From NCBI GenBank assembly GCA_951406725.2, contig OX597832.1:16802001-16866000 (forward strand): a stretch of DNA of 64,000 nt. Reading direction: 5' to 3'. The DNA is from Octopus vulgaris (lineage: Eukaryota). The first letter of the stretch is position 1; each line of letters starts with the position of its first letter. Below the pieces are notes generated by a model. That model did not search any database. It saw only the letters and a list, made by a program, of their open reading frames with translations, and was not told the DNA's origin. Positions 27,415 through 42,134 of this stretch are shown here, piece after piece. A program made the position numbers and the translations under genes.

Positions 27415-27449
27415 GTTTTACGTTTCGAGTATAGATTCCGTTCGGAAAC
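27415..27449 (-). ncRNA. Degenerate minimal hammerhead motif
   Basis: gttt-CCGAACG-gaat(ctat)actc-GAAA-cg-UA-aaac. Stem I and GAAA/GUA are intact, core decayed. Confidence 0.45.
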
Positions 27450-27599
27450 AGGAAGAAACGGGTAAGTCCAAGACGGAGGAGGAAAAGTCACCAATATGTG
27501 TGTGTGTGTGTATGTGTGTGTGTATTTATATAGACATACATTTATATGTATATACGTATATAAATTTGTACACAAACGGACATAGATATATTCTTTTAT

Positions 27600-27830
27600 T
27601 CTTTTATTTCTTTGTCATTTGACTGCAGCCGTGCTGGAGAACCACGTTTAGTCGAACACAACGCCCCCCAGGACTTATTCTATCGGACTCTTTTGCCGAA
27701 CCGCTAAGTTAAGTGTACGTAAACACACCAACATCGGTTATCAAGCGATGGTGTGAGAGACAAACACAGACACACAAACATAGACACACATATACGACCT
27801 GCTTTTTTCAGTTTCCTTCTGCCAAATTCA
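27600..27830 (-). mobile_element. SINE family A, 3' two-thirds
   Basis: gtcatttgactgcagccgtgctggag...tttgccgaaccgctaagtta...tttcagtttcc. Confidence 0.8.
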
Positions 27831-27851
27831 ATATATGGACATATATATGTC

Positions 27852-27901
<50 letters not shown>

Positions 27902-27940
27902 TATATATATATATGGGTGTGTGTGATTGTGTATTGAAGA

Positions 27941-28370
27941 ATATATTAATAAAATCTCCATGTCTGATTTTCACGTTTATTTACAATCTTATAATGATAT
28001 ATTATAAGATAATATATTATAATTGAATAAATAAAATGAAATAGTAGAATGTAAATATTCATTCTGATAACTAGTACTTTCATGCATTGAATTCTGAATC
28101 TCGTTCATGTAGTAGTGTTGACAGTCAGGCTTCACAATTTTGACTGTCAATTTTTTGACAGTCAAAATGAAGCATGACTGTCAACACTACTACATGAACC
28201 CGAGATTCAGAATCAGCATAAATACTAGTTCAATCAGAATGAATATTTAACATTCTACTATTTCATTTTATTTTATTCAATTATATATATTATCTTATAA
28301 TATATCATTATAAGAAATTGTAAATAAAACGTGAAAATCAGACAAGGTTGGAATTCTTTTATTAATTTAT
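27941..28370. repeat. Near-perfect ~430-bp palindrome with nested ttgacagtca/tgactgtcaa units at its centre
   Basis: tgtctgattttcacg (27961) to cgtgaaaatcagaca (28344); centre tgactgtcaa-tttt-ttgacagtca. Confidence 0.9.
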
Positions 28371-28436
28371 ATATATATATATATATATATACACGTGCGT
28401 GCGTGTGTGTGCGTTTGTGTATTTGTGTTTGTATTT

Positions 28437-28468
<32 letters not shown>

Positions 28469-28782
28469 CAAAATCCGGACCCGGTTGGGCGTAGTGTGGA
28501 AATAAGTTGCCACGTCACTGGTGTCAAGCCGTATAAGCCTTCGGCTTTCCCTTGGAGAACCTCAGTAGCGTGGACAGTGAGGCTGGTATGCAAGAGCAAC
28601 TCTTGGTCTTCCATAAACAACGTGGCTCAGAGATGTACCTCGGAGGGATGCTTTCTAGGAACAATCCAACGGTCATTACCCTAATATCTAGCTATCTACA
28701 TATCTATTATATTATCTATCTGTCTCTTTGTCTGACTGTCTGTCTGTCTGCTTATCTATCTATATCTCTACATACCTACCTA

Positions 28783-28818
<36 letters not shown>

Positions 28819-28966
28819 TATACACACATACATACATATTGATTCTTTGTGACACTCAAATATCGATATCCAGGCACAGAGGCAAAGATACATTTGTACA
28901 TAGGTCTATGTATGTGTCTGTGTGTGTCTGTGTGCGTGCGTGCGTGCGTGTGTGTGTATGTATGTA

Positions 28967-29002
<36 letters not shown>

Positions 29003-29485
29003 TAGTTTACATTTCTGTTAATGAAAATGCCGTGGTTTTTCCTGTTTTATTGTCCTGAATTTTAACGTAAAAGCTATGTGCTCAACCGGGGCGATTGCTT
29101 GGGGACAATGCGTGTTTAGCTAAATCGTACACGCTGTTTTCTACTTAAAATTTATAATCTCCATATGTTTGGCGTGATGTCTAAGTTAAGTTCCATGACT
29201 CTAAAGATTTTTCTAATTTAAACTCTATTATGAATTTATAATACATATTTTACTCTGTTGATGTATGTACACAACTGTAACACCTATATCTCATGATGCG
29301 TCGTGAGAAATCTGAAGACCTCGTGAGACTGATGAGATGTATTTATTTTTTTCAACTGCGCTATCTCCCACGTTTAATCTATACTTTCTATATAATACTG
29401 TATAGCTCACACTATTATCATTCCTCCTCCTCACTCTATTTCATATCTTATCTAAATAAACTATTTCTTAACCATCTTCTCACAC

Positions 29486-29535
29486 TGACTCCGTTGAAGG
29501 GATATAATAAATATCCTAGAAACAGCTGTAAGACC
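29486..29535 (+). ncRNA. Degenerate hammerhead motif upstream of a PLE RT fragment
   Basis: tgact-CCGUUGA-ag-ggatat(aataa)atatcc-ta-GAAA-cagctg-UA-agacc. Palindromic stem III ACAGCUGU. Confidence 0.55.
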
Positions 29536-29779
29536 TTCTGTTTATAAATGTTCTAAAATGTACACATCTTTTGTTTTTATTATCGCAATACGAAAACAGA
29601 TTTTTTATATAATACTAAATCTCAAAGTTTGTTTCCCTGCGCTTTGATTAAGACGATAAGGATCACTGTTTAAAAATAATAGTATCCTTTCCTTTGCCGC
29701 CGCGCGTTGTCATTTTCAAAATGGAGTGGTTGTGACCCAACGGTTCACGGGTACATCCATTTATATAAACGTAAATACC

Positions 29780-30400
29780 CAGCCGGGATAAAAGATTTAG
29801 CTCCTCCCGAAATAGATTTAGTTATAGAGTCATTCCGGAAGTAGCCAAACTAAAATCTGATATTAGAAACTCTAAAAAGTAGTTCGTATTTCCTGACAAG
29901 ACAATCAACCTGAACGAAGTCCTTAATGAGTTATTTGATAAGCTGTTAAATGAAACCATTTCCACTAATTATAGGGATGCTAACACAGACAGGTATAATG
30001 GCATTAATGACTAAAGCTTAGTAGTAGAATCGATGAGAAATTGGAATGCTTAGGAAATAGCGGGGCTTTTATTGCGCTAAAAGTTCACAAACCAAATTCT
30101 AGTGATAAATCCATTTGTAGAATGTTCAATCCAGCGTGGACGAAAATTGGGTTAATAACCAAAAGATAATAGGAATGTTAATATCGGAATCAGAGAATAA
30201 ATAATACTACAACGATGGAATAATACCAATACTATAACAGACTGGTTTATGAATTTAATGGATAAACGTACGGTTAGATTTATGCAGTCGGATATTAAAG
30301 ATTTTATCCCTCTGTATTGGGGTTTCTGATTGTTAAGGCGACAGCATTTGCAAAAACATGTCGATATAGACCATAATGTCCTAAACTTTATCCTGCATAC
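29780..30400 (+). pseudogene. Penelope-like element reverse transcriptase remnant
   Basis: FVFPDKTINL...AFIALKVHKPNSSDKSICRMFNPA...LQRWNNTNTITDWFMNLMDKRTVRFMQSDIKDF matches the PLE pattern AFITLKDHK..CRLINP..QW.NT...WF...FDI..FYPS. Confidence 0.8.
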
Positions 30401-31544
30401 ACTAATTTACTTAACCATACACTTAATCCACTTCCACAAATTATTGGTAAAAATTTGTAAGTCTTACTATTGATGTTAAACGATATAACAGCATCGGGTT
30501 TCATTTTGAAGTAATTAAATAATTCATCTTACAAGGAGACAAAAACACATATCCATCTGAACTTTGTATATAAATATATGCGTAGATTTCCATATCATTA
30601 AATATTTGCTACATTTTCTGAACGGTGTCGAAATGGAATATGGCATAAAGATTGTATACGAAAGTTTGGATTAGATATTGAAATTGTAGAGAATCTTGGT
30701 GTATTTTATATCAACAAATTGTCACAAACCAGATTCCACTAATTACTTCCATATATTTTTCCTATTTTTGAAGTCTTAGAATACATGGAAGATTTTCTCA
30801 TATGTGTAATAACTAAGATCGCATTCGTTGATTTCGGTTTATATAGTTTGACGCCTTCTGTTTGCAGAATTTGTGCGTGATCCATATCTAATTAGATAGT
30901 TTCGTATCTCTTTCGTTGATGAGATTCTAATTTCTTTCTAATTTCCTGCTAATTGCCATTTAGACTAATGACCAAATGCAAATTTTCTTATTACTAACTA
31001 CTTATTGTACAATGTATTAGATCGGTAGGATTACACTGCGTTCAACATATATTTCTGGAATATACAGTAAAAATATTTCTGCAAGATATATTTTATTTAT
31101 TTCATGGTTGTGTTATCTCTCGCTATATTTACATTACGAAACTATTTGTAGTTTGTCCAAATCGAGTATTCGTTCAATAGATACGATTCGTAAATCGATA
31201 CGTTCCAAAGACATCTAGCTGAAAATATGCGTTTTGTTGCAAAGGAAGTGTCGTGAAATGTCTGCTGTGTTATTGATGTAGCTGCGTGACATAAAAAATA
31301 AATATATCGGTTTGCAAAAATTGTAAGCAGTCCCGGTACAAACGTCATATACCTACATAAACACATGCATACTACATGCATACATACATGCATACATACA
31401 TGCATAATGCATACATACAGACATACATACGTATATGGCATAATATGCCCTCGTTGCTATCGCAGCTTTCCTCATGCCTCAACATCGCCAAACTACCCGA
31501 AGATTAAAACTTCCAAGCGTTAACTTCACGAAGCATCAGGGCGT

Positions 31545-31832
31545 CAGTTAGGATGTCGAGGGTTACAGTTGATGCGACAACAGAAAATCCTGCTTGTCAA
31601 ATTCACGTACGAGTGACTGAGCACTCCACTGACATGCGTACCCGTAACGTACTTCTCAAAGTGATTCAACGCGACACAATATGTGAAAAGGTTGGCCCTT
31701 TGAAATACAGGCCTACTCATTTTTGCTTCTTGAGGGAATTGAGGCAACATGAAAGATACAGCGCACCGCCGGTAATGGAACACGTGAACTTGTGATAGTG
31801 AGCCGAAAACCCTAAACCTTAACCACTGCCAT
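31545..31832 (-). mobile_element. SINE family B-related, diverged
   Basis: gagtgactgagcactccactgacatgcgtacccgtaacgta and ggccctttgaaatacagg blocks. Confidence 0.7.
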
Positions 31833-32778
31833 CTACCAAATAACAAAATGCTGATTTATCTCACTAGGTGTAAGGGGCTACCACGAAGATAAAAGTTGTG
31901 ACATTATACACAATCCAAAAGATAGTATTCACTACCCTAAAGAAGTTCCTCTCTACTGCTGTTTTCTATTTCATGAAACTGTTTTTCGTACCTTATCGCT
32001 AAACAAAATAGCTATCTAGAATAGACCCATTAAAATATATTTCTTTGTTGACGATCACAAGCTCAATGAGCCATGAAATAATTACTGCACCATGTAACTC
32101 GATTCAATATACCGAGTTTTTCTAAACCCACTGCAATGAAAATTGATGTGGCACAATGCATGTTTTTTGGGGGGTTGGGGACGTGGAAATCTTGTGCTCT
32201 CTCCTTTAAGACACTAAATATCAACGACTTAAATCAACCGATTTTCTATTTTATGTTGAAAAGTAGAATTTTTAATAAGACAAGTATTTGAGATAAGATA
32301 CAGATTACAATGAATACTTCAAAATACTTTTAATAATGTTGTCATCTGCACGCTCAGGTTACAACAAATATATTGCCCACAACATATTTGCAGTGTCTAT
32401 CCGCAAGCTCACATTGGGCCTCTCAGACTAGGCAATAAAGGAGCTCAACGACATAAACATGGAATTGTTAGATATTCACCGCTATTAGAAAACTCGATAT
32501 CAATGGCGCTTTAAACTCTCAACACTTCCCACGCAAGGATGGTCTTAAATCTGTATTGATGTCATAGAAAAGAGCTATTTGGAAACTGAAATGACGTGTG
32601 AAGCAGTCAATTGAGATATTAAATGAGTTGTCCAAGATTGTGTGTAGGAGAAACGCAACATCGAAATAATGAGAAACGTGAAATATACTGTTGACGCAAA
32701 CTTCTCCCCAAGGAGCGCTGGAAAAATCCACTAATCACAATAAAATGGAATATAAGTGGTAAGTTCAATGAAATAGTT

Positions 32779-33196
32779 CTCTCTTTTTACTCTTTTATTT
32801 GTTTCAGTTATTTGACTGCAGCCATGCTGGAGCACCGCATTTAGTCGAGCAAATCGACCCCGGGACTTATTCTTTGTAAGCCCAGTCCTTATTATATCGG
32901 TCTTTTTTGCCGAACTGCTAAGTGACGGGGACGTAAACACACCAGCATCGGTTGCCAAGCAATGCTAGGGGGACAAACACAGACACACAAACACACACAC
33001 ACATACATACATATATATATATACATATATGCGACAGGCTTCTTTCAGTTTCCGTCTACCAAATCCACTCACAAGGCATTGGTCGGCCCGGGGCTATAGC
33101 AGAAGACACTTGCCCAAGATGTCACGCAGTGGAACTGAACCCGGAACCATGTGGTTGGTTAGCAAGCTACTTACCACACAGCTACTCCTGCGTCTA
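32779..33196 (-). mobile_element. SINE family A, full length
   Basis: Near-identical reverse complement of 41034-41421. Confidence 0.9.
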
Positions 33197-33534
33197 CATA
33201 GTTGTGCGTATGTACTGGGTACAAAAGGCTGAAGCCATGAGCGGAAGAAATTATTTGTGAAAAACGGCATGAAGTACCGACAAGTTCATAACATCACATT
33301 TTGGTAGCTCCGTCAATGCAATTAGAGTGTAAAAGATCCCATTAATATGTCTAAATCATGAAAAACGACATGAAATCCAAAATTGAAGGCATCAACCGCA
33401 TTATTGCAGACTGTGGGAGGCACAGTTTTATATTTAAACAATCTTTCTTTGAACGTCGTACTACCAAACAGGTAGCAGCTCAATATAAATTCTAAATTTG
33501 AAAGAGAAGAAATGAAAGCAGACATAAGTGTGTG

Positions 33535-33567
<33 letters not shown>

Positions 33568-33834
33568 ATGTGTGTGTGTGTGTATGTGTGTGTGTGTGTA
33601 TTATATACATGTGTGTGTGTGCGTTTGTTTGTTTGCGTGTGTGTAATAACTTTCATTTTCACACTTTGAGTTCCACGCCGTCAATCATTACTTAAACGCA
33701 ATTATTCAATCACCAGGATACGTGTCTAAAGAATACACATACAGACACACGAACGCATAGACACACACAAGCACACATTGACAGACACACCGCATGTATA
33801 TTTATATACATACATATATGTATATATATGTATG

Positions 33835-33908
<74 letters not shown>

Positions 33909-33927
33909 GATACATATATACATATAT

Positions 33928-34006
<79 letters not shown>
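33835..34006. repeat. (TA)n microsatellite
   Basis: Direct reading. Confidence 0.95.
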
Positions 34007-34013
<7 letters not shown>

Positions 34014-35611
34014 CAGAGATTGAAAGAGCTAGGTGGTGGGGCGAAAAAGATAGCGTGATTTTAACAAACAAAAGCTGTCTGATCATAAAATTTGTCATTA
34101 TCATACTATATCGCTAATTTGCATTGCTTGTAATAAATAGTGTTACAACTGCTTGTGTTCTTGTTGATGTTTGTATTGTTATTGAAGTGTCTCTGTTGAA
34201 GTTGTTGTTGCTGTTGTTTTCATATCTCTATCATATTATTAATTTTGCTATACTCTAATTAAATCAAACATCTTCATTGAAATATCTTTCAAAACTCATT
34301 TGCATACAATTCATTCTAGTACTGCAAACTAATGAGATACAGCGATAACCGCTATTTTAACTAGGCTAGTTGCAGCATGCATTAGCGCTGCTTTGTTCTC
34401 TACAAAACTTCTGGTAGGAAGTGAGCTTGTGTCTGTATGGAGGCGTCATAGGTGTGTTTCGTCTTTATGTTGATGATTTTGTAAGTAATATAGCGTTGGC
34501 AAAATCACGCGTATGAATATTATCACTGTTGAATGAGAAACTAGACTGTTTGTGTCTCGAGTTTAGATGTGTCTTATATCAGATGCAAATATCATTATTA
34601 TGTTTAGTACACTTTTTACATCGCCTTTCCCAACCAAACAGTGTATCGTTATATGTTTGCTCCTGGGGTTACAAATTACAAATTCCATTCTTCTCTATTT
34701 TAAAAGAGGCATAACTTGGTGCATTATATGTGCACGACTAAAATGCCTTTCCTCGAAGGCCTCCTCAAATGAAAACCGAACAGCAACAGATACCATTAAA
34801 TTGATCTTCATTATTTCAATAGTTATACTTACCATATGTACTATATATGTTTGCTTTCTCATCTTTATTAAAAATAAAGCATCAATATTTATTTATACCT
34901 TTGCCCACACCTTGAGGTATCGATGAAATATTTTTGGTGAGTAATATTTATTCACGTAAGGTATAACTCCTAAGTTAAAATAAGACGACCGATTAATTAA
35001 ATGATTTGCGTGTCCGATTGCACTGGTAGCCATATTTGTACACAATGTAGTCTGTGTTGAAATAACGCCGATGTCCACTATGACTTTTATCATTTGAAGA
35101 TCAATAAAGAGTAGTTGAAGCATAAAGCTGGATCAGCCTACGCTCTAGTCTTGAGAAATATTAAGTAGGCTAATGACGATACCTGTTTTAAGTTGAAAGA
35201 TTCATAAAATAAAACGTTTTTTAGTTAACAATAAATTTTATGAGTGGTGTAATAGACATCGAAGTAAATCCCAGAGCCATCAAATTCTTGTATTCACTAG
35301 TAATTATAACCCGTGGAAAATCCTACGACAATCATTTTGCGAACCACAATTTAACGTTCAGTTCCACAACTTGAATTTCTTCATTATTTTCACAGCCTCC
35401 CCACACTTAAAACCTAAAAAGTATTTTCTTTCTAAAAGGATGACAAGTAAAATATAGAGAGAACATTTAGAAATACGGAGATGTACTTGCATAGCAAGTG
35501 ACCTGATCTGAGATCGTGTGCTGCAACGAAAATAATTGCAGCGTGGAAGGTGTTTATAAGCCATTTAAGAAACACAAAATCCGTTAGATTCACTTCAACA
35601 TTTAAATTCAA

Positions 35612-35662
35612 TTTGTCAAAATATTTTCATCTCTTTGAGACCGCGACCTTTTCACTAACAAA
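35612..35662 (-). ncRNA. Hammerhead-like fold with a non-canonical core
   Basis: tttgtta-GUGAAAA-g-gtcgc(ggtctcaaa)gagat-GAAA-atat-UU-tgacaaa. 7-bp stem I and palindromic stem III. Confidence 0.4.
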
Positions 35663-36269
35663 TTCCGAGCATTTAGAAATAATTTTCTTAAAATTCTTCG
35701 GTAGCCGTCATTCAGATCTGTAATGTTTACTGTTTCTTCTGAATGTAGAAATCAGTTAAAGTTTCTAGTATAGAGTTATGGCTGTGCTAAATATAAAGAG
35801 ACCTCGGCTGAATTAAGTTGACTTGGGATCATAAATAAGGGACGTATCAATCTGTAATGGACTTGTCAGGAACTAGAAGCGTTCAACTAAAATCATTTAT
35901 AGTATGGAAACCATATTTCTCACACAGTTTCTGTATTTATCTGTTGATGCCGATATATAAGAACAGTACACAATGTTTTGGAAGACTATTACATTTAATG
36001 GCGTACATTACAGAGATTGGTATAGAGGATTAATGTAAATCATGTGAGACCAGCTTGATTCTCAATCAAGTTAGTTTACTTAGAAAAGTTACTTTCTCTC
36101 TGGATCCACATTAATATATTCTACATGTATGTCAACCCTTTAACGCTGGAATGTGGTGCACTAAATCAAGCTTTGTACCATGGACGGGATTAGATTTCAT
36201 TATTTTATGCACCGGAATAGCAGTGGCACGTTAGTACACTCCTTAGGACATCAAACAAAATGTTTAACG

Positions 36270-36445
36270 GCATTCTTGACCCAATGAAGCCCTACCTGCT
36301 CGAAGCACTTGATATACGCCCACGTGTTGAGTGTGACGCCGTATGGGAAGATGAATGGAGGCATAACGTCGCCTTCAACAGTGATCATTCGAAACACAAT
36401 GATGCTCACTGGATGTTTGATTTTTATCACTCTCGGTAGATATCC
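36270..36445 (-). pseudogene. maT/DD37D-like transposase internal fragment
   Basis: IKHPVSIIVFRMITVEGDVMPPFIFPYGVTLNTWAYIKCFEQVGLHWV resembles TKHPASVMV.G.....GDVMPP..F..G..LN...YI..L...V.PW. Confidence 0.75.
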
Positions 36446-36753
36446 TAAGATTGACACCTAAACACTCTGAGATATTCGTATTGAAGCTTCTTGCGCGAAA
36501 GCCAAGCATTACTGCAAGTCGTTTCCAAAATTTCTGGCAGGTTGAACTGCGTCATGGTCTGTATTTCTCACAGACGGTGCCCAACTGAACCTACTATACA
36601 AAGTAGTAGACAAATGCAAAAAGAGACAATGCACATGCGCGAAAATAAAAAAAAATTATAAATGGCGACATCGCACTCTGTATATGCGTGTGTGCATATG
36701 TATATATGTATAATTACTTTCTTGGAAATGGATGCATGGCGTTCAATTAAATA

Positions 36754-36854
<101 letters not shown>

Positions 36855-36905
36855 TGAAAAAACAAGTCAAGATAGAAAATGCTAAAATAATTTTATAAAG
36901 AACAT

Positions 36906-36947
36906 TTCAGTACCGGTTTCGGTCATTTTGAGACCATTTAAACTGTA
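36906..36947 (-). ncRNA. Hammerhead-like fold with a decayed core
   Basis: tacag-UUUAAAU-ggtc(tcaaaat)gacc-GAAA-ccgg-UA-ctgaa. Perfect stem II, palindromic ACCGGU stem III, GUA triplet. Confidence 0.5.
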
Positions 36948-37497
36948 ACGATTAAATAATTGAATTTAGAAAAATTAAAAGGAAAGTTTTTTTAAAGGAA
37001 TATTTGTATAGTGTTCAAATATAAGTGGCATTTTCCTTGTTTCTGCCTTTCTCTGTCTCTCTTGTTTACACTTATGCATATATACATGCATATATATATC
37101 TGTAGAGGCCATCCAAACAACATAAAATACGTAGACAAGCGCGTAAAATGCATAAACAGCGTGGGAGAAATGGAAAACAGGACAAGTAAACATAGAGAAA
37201 CAACCCTTCATCAGATGTCGGCTGTCTATCCACTGCTCATTTCTAGCATTAAACGACAATATAAGTCTTCACGGACAGTTGGTCCCATAAATTCTAAAAT
37301 AAAATTTAGATTTCATGGAGGGTCAAAGTTGGGAGCCAAAAGAGGATAGTGGAGACATACAAGGAAACCGAACGAAAACAAACATGGAGGGTCATTAGAC
37401 AAGAACGAGATGAAAATAGTGAACACTTGGGGAAATATTTCTTTGAAGGGCGAAAACAGCGAAAACATAGAAGAGAGAGGAAAGATATGTATGTATG

Positions 37498-37532
<35 letters not shown>

Positions 37533-37579
37533 TTATGTATGTGTATATATACATACATACATATATATCTCTCTCTCTC

Positions 37580-37613
<34 letters not shown>

Positions 37614-38307
37614 AGTGTACGTATATATATATGTATTTGTTTATCTATGTATGTTTATGCATATGTATATACGGCAGAACCTCGCAGTACGAGCACACTA
37701 ATCGCTCCATCTTTAGGGTAATTCAGTTAATAAAACTATTTTACATATTTCTTTTACATTGTCTTTTATATAATTCTCTTCTGACTTGTAACGACACCGG
37801 TTCTGTTTTAAAACCTAGTATATTTTAAAACCAAGTATATTTTAGCTACTTTCGATAGGGAAAATTGATTTGCAAAACTAGTAAAGCTTAAGACTAGCTC
37901 GGTCATGGAACGACTTAAACTTGTACTGCGTTGTATCTCTGCATTTTAAAATGTAGATGGATTCTTATAAACGTCTCTACATTTTCTACTTCATCTCTTC
38001 TATGCTCCCAAATGCTTGGATTGATAGCGATAAACATATATGCGTACATACATACATGCATACAATTATATATACGCATATATATGCTTATATATGTGTA
38101 CATATTTATATACATATATATAGAGATAGATAGATAGACAGAGATATATACACGTAGCAATGTATTTGTATATATACACATAACTACAATTATACATATA
38201 TGTATATATATATATATGTGTGTATGTAGATATATATATGCATGTGTAAATATGTATTTATACATAGCCACACATATTACGCATATATGTTCCCATGTAG
38301 TTATTTA

Positions 38308-38352
<45 letters not shown>

Positions 38353-38436
38353 TTTTGTGTGTGTAAATATATATATATATGTCTGTATGTATGCATACAT
38401 GAATATATGTGCATATATACATATATACATACATAC

Positions 38437-38469
<33 letters not shown>

Positions 38470-39389
38470 GAAATATGTCTGCATACATGCTTACATGTAT
38501 GTACGTTACATTACATTTTCAAGTTTTACTGACTCCAATTTACTTAAACCTTTACTTTCAAGTGTCAATATTATAGTATTGCATTTAAGAATTATGGTCA
38601 ATTGATTTTATTACTAGCGTCTTTAAGTCTTGTTTGGACGTTCGACTGTAACAACTTTAGCTATTTTAGTTCTTTGAACACTGCTGAAGTTTTTAATATC
38701 ATATATGTAGACTTTTATTCAATAATTTTATTTCGTAATTCTGTTAGATTGTAAAAAATAGCATTCGTGTATTTTGCCGCTCTTCCTGTCTATGACCCCA
38801 TAAAATCTCATACTATATATTTGAGTAAATGTAAAAGCCCTTTACTACGTCTAAACGCAAGTATCGACTGGCTGGCAACAACTTCGCGGATTAGGTCAGT
38901 ATTCTTACCAGTGATGAAATGAGTAAAATCGCGAGTAATGCTACATGAAAAGGTATTTGGTCATGGATGCCAAGAGAGATCGTCGGTATATATAAATGCA
39001 TTTGGAATTGGTTTAAAGATATCATCAGTATTGTAGCTGGAACAGAGCGAATTTGTGGTGTTTTAAAGAACTTTTCCCTTTTCTTTTTTTCTTCTTTTTT
39101 CATTTCTCTTTTCTTTTGTTCCTTTTCTTTTTCTTCTTTTTTTTTTTTATTTTTATTTTTTTATTTTTTTTTTTCTTCCCTTTTACGATCCCTCTTGATC
39201 GAAAACCTACGCCACCCCTTTCTTTTTATTTTTGTTTCTTTTGTTTTTTTGTTTTTTCATCCCCCAAAAGAAAAGCTCTACCTTGTAACTTGTCGCATCT
39301 ATGTGCAGCCCTGTGTGGCCAATAAAGAAACTTATCTATCTATCTATCAATCTATATATCTATACACACACACACACACACACACACAG

Positions 39390-39482
<93 letters not shown>

Positions 39483-39517
39483 TTTATTTTATATATATAT
39501 GTCTTTTCTGTTTTCGT

Positions 39518-40065
<548 letters not shown>

Positions 40066-41033
40066 CCTTCCCCTATATACACACTCACATTAACAACATC
40101 GTTTGTGTACACAGCACATATTTTCCTCCAGGTTTTCCTGCATTCTTTCCTTTACACTGCATTCTTATTTATTCATGTGTGTATCTGTTTGGGAGTGGTG
40201 TGTGATGCCACTCGTTACTATGTAATTGTTTCTCACTCCTCGATAATTAATTTACTTTCTCCAAATCATTTAGTGCAATTAAATGGTCTGTATTAATTGG
40301 TGCATGATGTACTTTTGACAGAAAAATCAACTCCCTTCATAATATAACTAAACCTGAAAAATTATGATTCGAAATTTCTCTCGAATATTGCGCCTCTGGA
40401 ATTTACTTTTTTTTTTGTGACCCCGGACTTGCAACATTTTAAGCAGAACGATAATAAACTTGATCTCAGGCCGCAGAAATACAGTACAATTACACAAAAT
40501 TTCTAATGAAATCAGCACAGAAAACAAGCCTTCTCACGAAACAAATAGTCAAGGACTTACGAAAAAATACATAAGATCATTATTCAACAAACCAGCAGTA
40601 GTTACTATTATGAAAATTTACAGTAATAGATATGTTAAATATTTGTGAACTTGCGTAAATATATAAAAGGCAATCAGGATTATCAGAATTTCACGCGTAG
40701 TATTGTATAGAAGAGCGATAGATTTCACACTTGTTACTGGGTTCATTGACTTATATGTCATTATGTTGTCTTTGGTAAATTCAACCAAACATGTTGTAAT
40801 GAAAATTCTAATAAGTTACTCTTTGAGTTGAATGACTGATATTCCTAACCAAAATGATGCAATTCATAAACAGCTAAATTATAGCCATACACATACTCTC
40901 TTTTAATATAAATGTGTATATACTTACATATACAGAGAGATGCGTAGGTAGGTGCGTGTGTAGACGAATTTTATTTAATGTATAATTATTTAAGTATATA
41001 TAATAAACATATATAATAAACATCTATCTGTAA

Positions 41034-41421
41034 TAGGCGCAGGAGTGGCAGTGTGGTAAGTAGCTTGCTAACTAACCACATGGTTCCGGGTTCAGTCCCA
41101 CTGCGTGGCATCTTGGGCAAGTGTCTTCTGCTATAGCCCCAGCCGACCAATGCCTTGTGAGTGGATTTGGTTGACGGAAACTGAAAGAAGCCTGTCGTAT
41201 ATATGTACGTGTGTGTTTGTGTGTCTGTGTTTGTCCCCCTAGCATTGCTTGACAACCGATGCTGGTGTGTTTACGTCCCCGTAACTTAGCGGTTCGGCAA
41301 AAGAGAGCGATAGAATAAGTACTGGGTTTACAAAGAATAAGTCTCGGGGTCGATTTGCTCGACTAAAGGCGGTGCTCCAGCATGGCCGCAGTCAAATGAC
41401 TGAAACAAGTAAAAAAAAAAA
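41034..41421 (+). mobile_element. tRNA-derived SINE family A, full length
   Basis: A-box-like gtggcagtgtggt, B-box-like ggttcagtccc, internal TG-rich tract, tail cagcatggccgcagtcaaatgactgaaacaagt(A)n. Confidence 0.9.
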
Positions 41422-42134
41422 TATCATCACGCGTGCACACACACACACACATGTATGTATGTGTGTGTTTGTGTGTGCGTGTGTCTTCATGACACCCGTT
41501 TCTTCTCGATTTCCTACCGTAAAGAGACCCAAGTGTTTGTTACGTTGAAACAGGAATTTAGCTAAAGTACTTTCTTTCGAACCTGCCGGAACAGATTCGA
41601 ATAAAGCTTGCATATGTTGTCATTTCGATTCTCGATTTTCAACGTAAAGATGTATATCCATTTATTTTTTCACCTATCTACCTATCTGGTTTCCAATCTA
41701 CTTGCTCATGTATCGATTTATCTATCTTTTAACCTCTAACTGTATCACAACCTGTCTTCACCACCATGTTTACCAGAATAGGTATATACGTACATATAGC
41801 GCTCGAGGTACGTTGTGTGTAGCTGTGTACACGTTACTGCGGCGCGGTGTATCCGCCATTTCCGGTCCCATGAGAGACCAACTCTATGTAACATCTGTCC
41901 TTCTACATCAAATAATTCAACATCTGCAATTTGAGAAAAGTTTGCAAGTCCATTTGAGGCCATACTGCAGCACACATACATCATATCTCCCAAAATGAAA
42001 CAAATAATTCAGTGTCCCAAATTATACAGAATTGCAATGGTAATGAATAGTAACCTATGGCGTTATTATCGGAAATCGGAAATGCTGTTGACAAAGACTT
42101 AGGAGAGAGTGACTGCAATAATATGTGCACGATG

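Noticed and set aside
33029-33232. Recurrent peptide 'GYSRRHLPK..GTEPGTMWLVSKLLTT' (also at 40986, 62808, 15437)
   Set aside because: Antisense read-through of SINE family A. The recurrence reflects repeat copy number, not a gene family.
37200-37260. Minus-strand GAAA...UA...CUGAUGA in type II HHR order
   Set aside because: The intervening stems do not pair in this copy.
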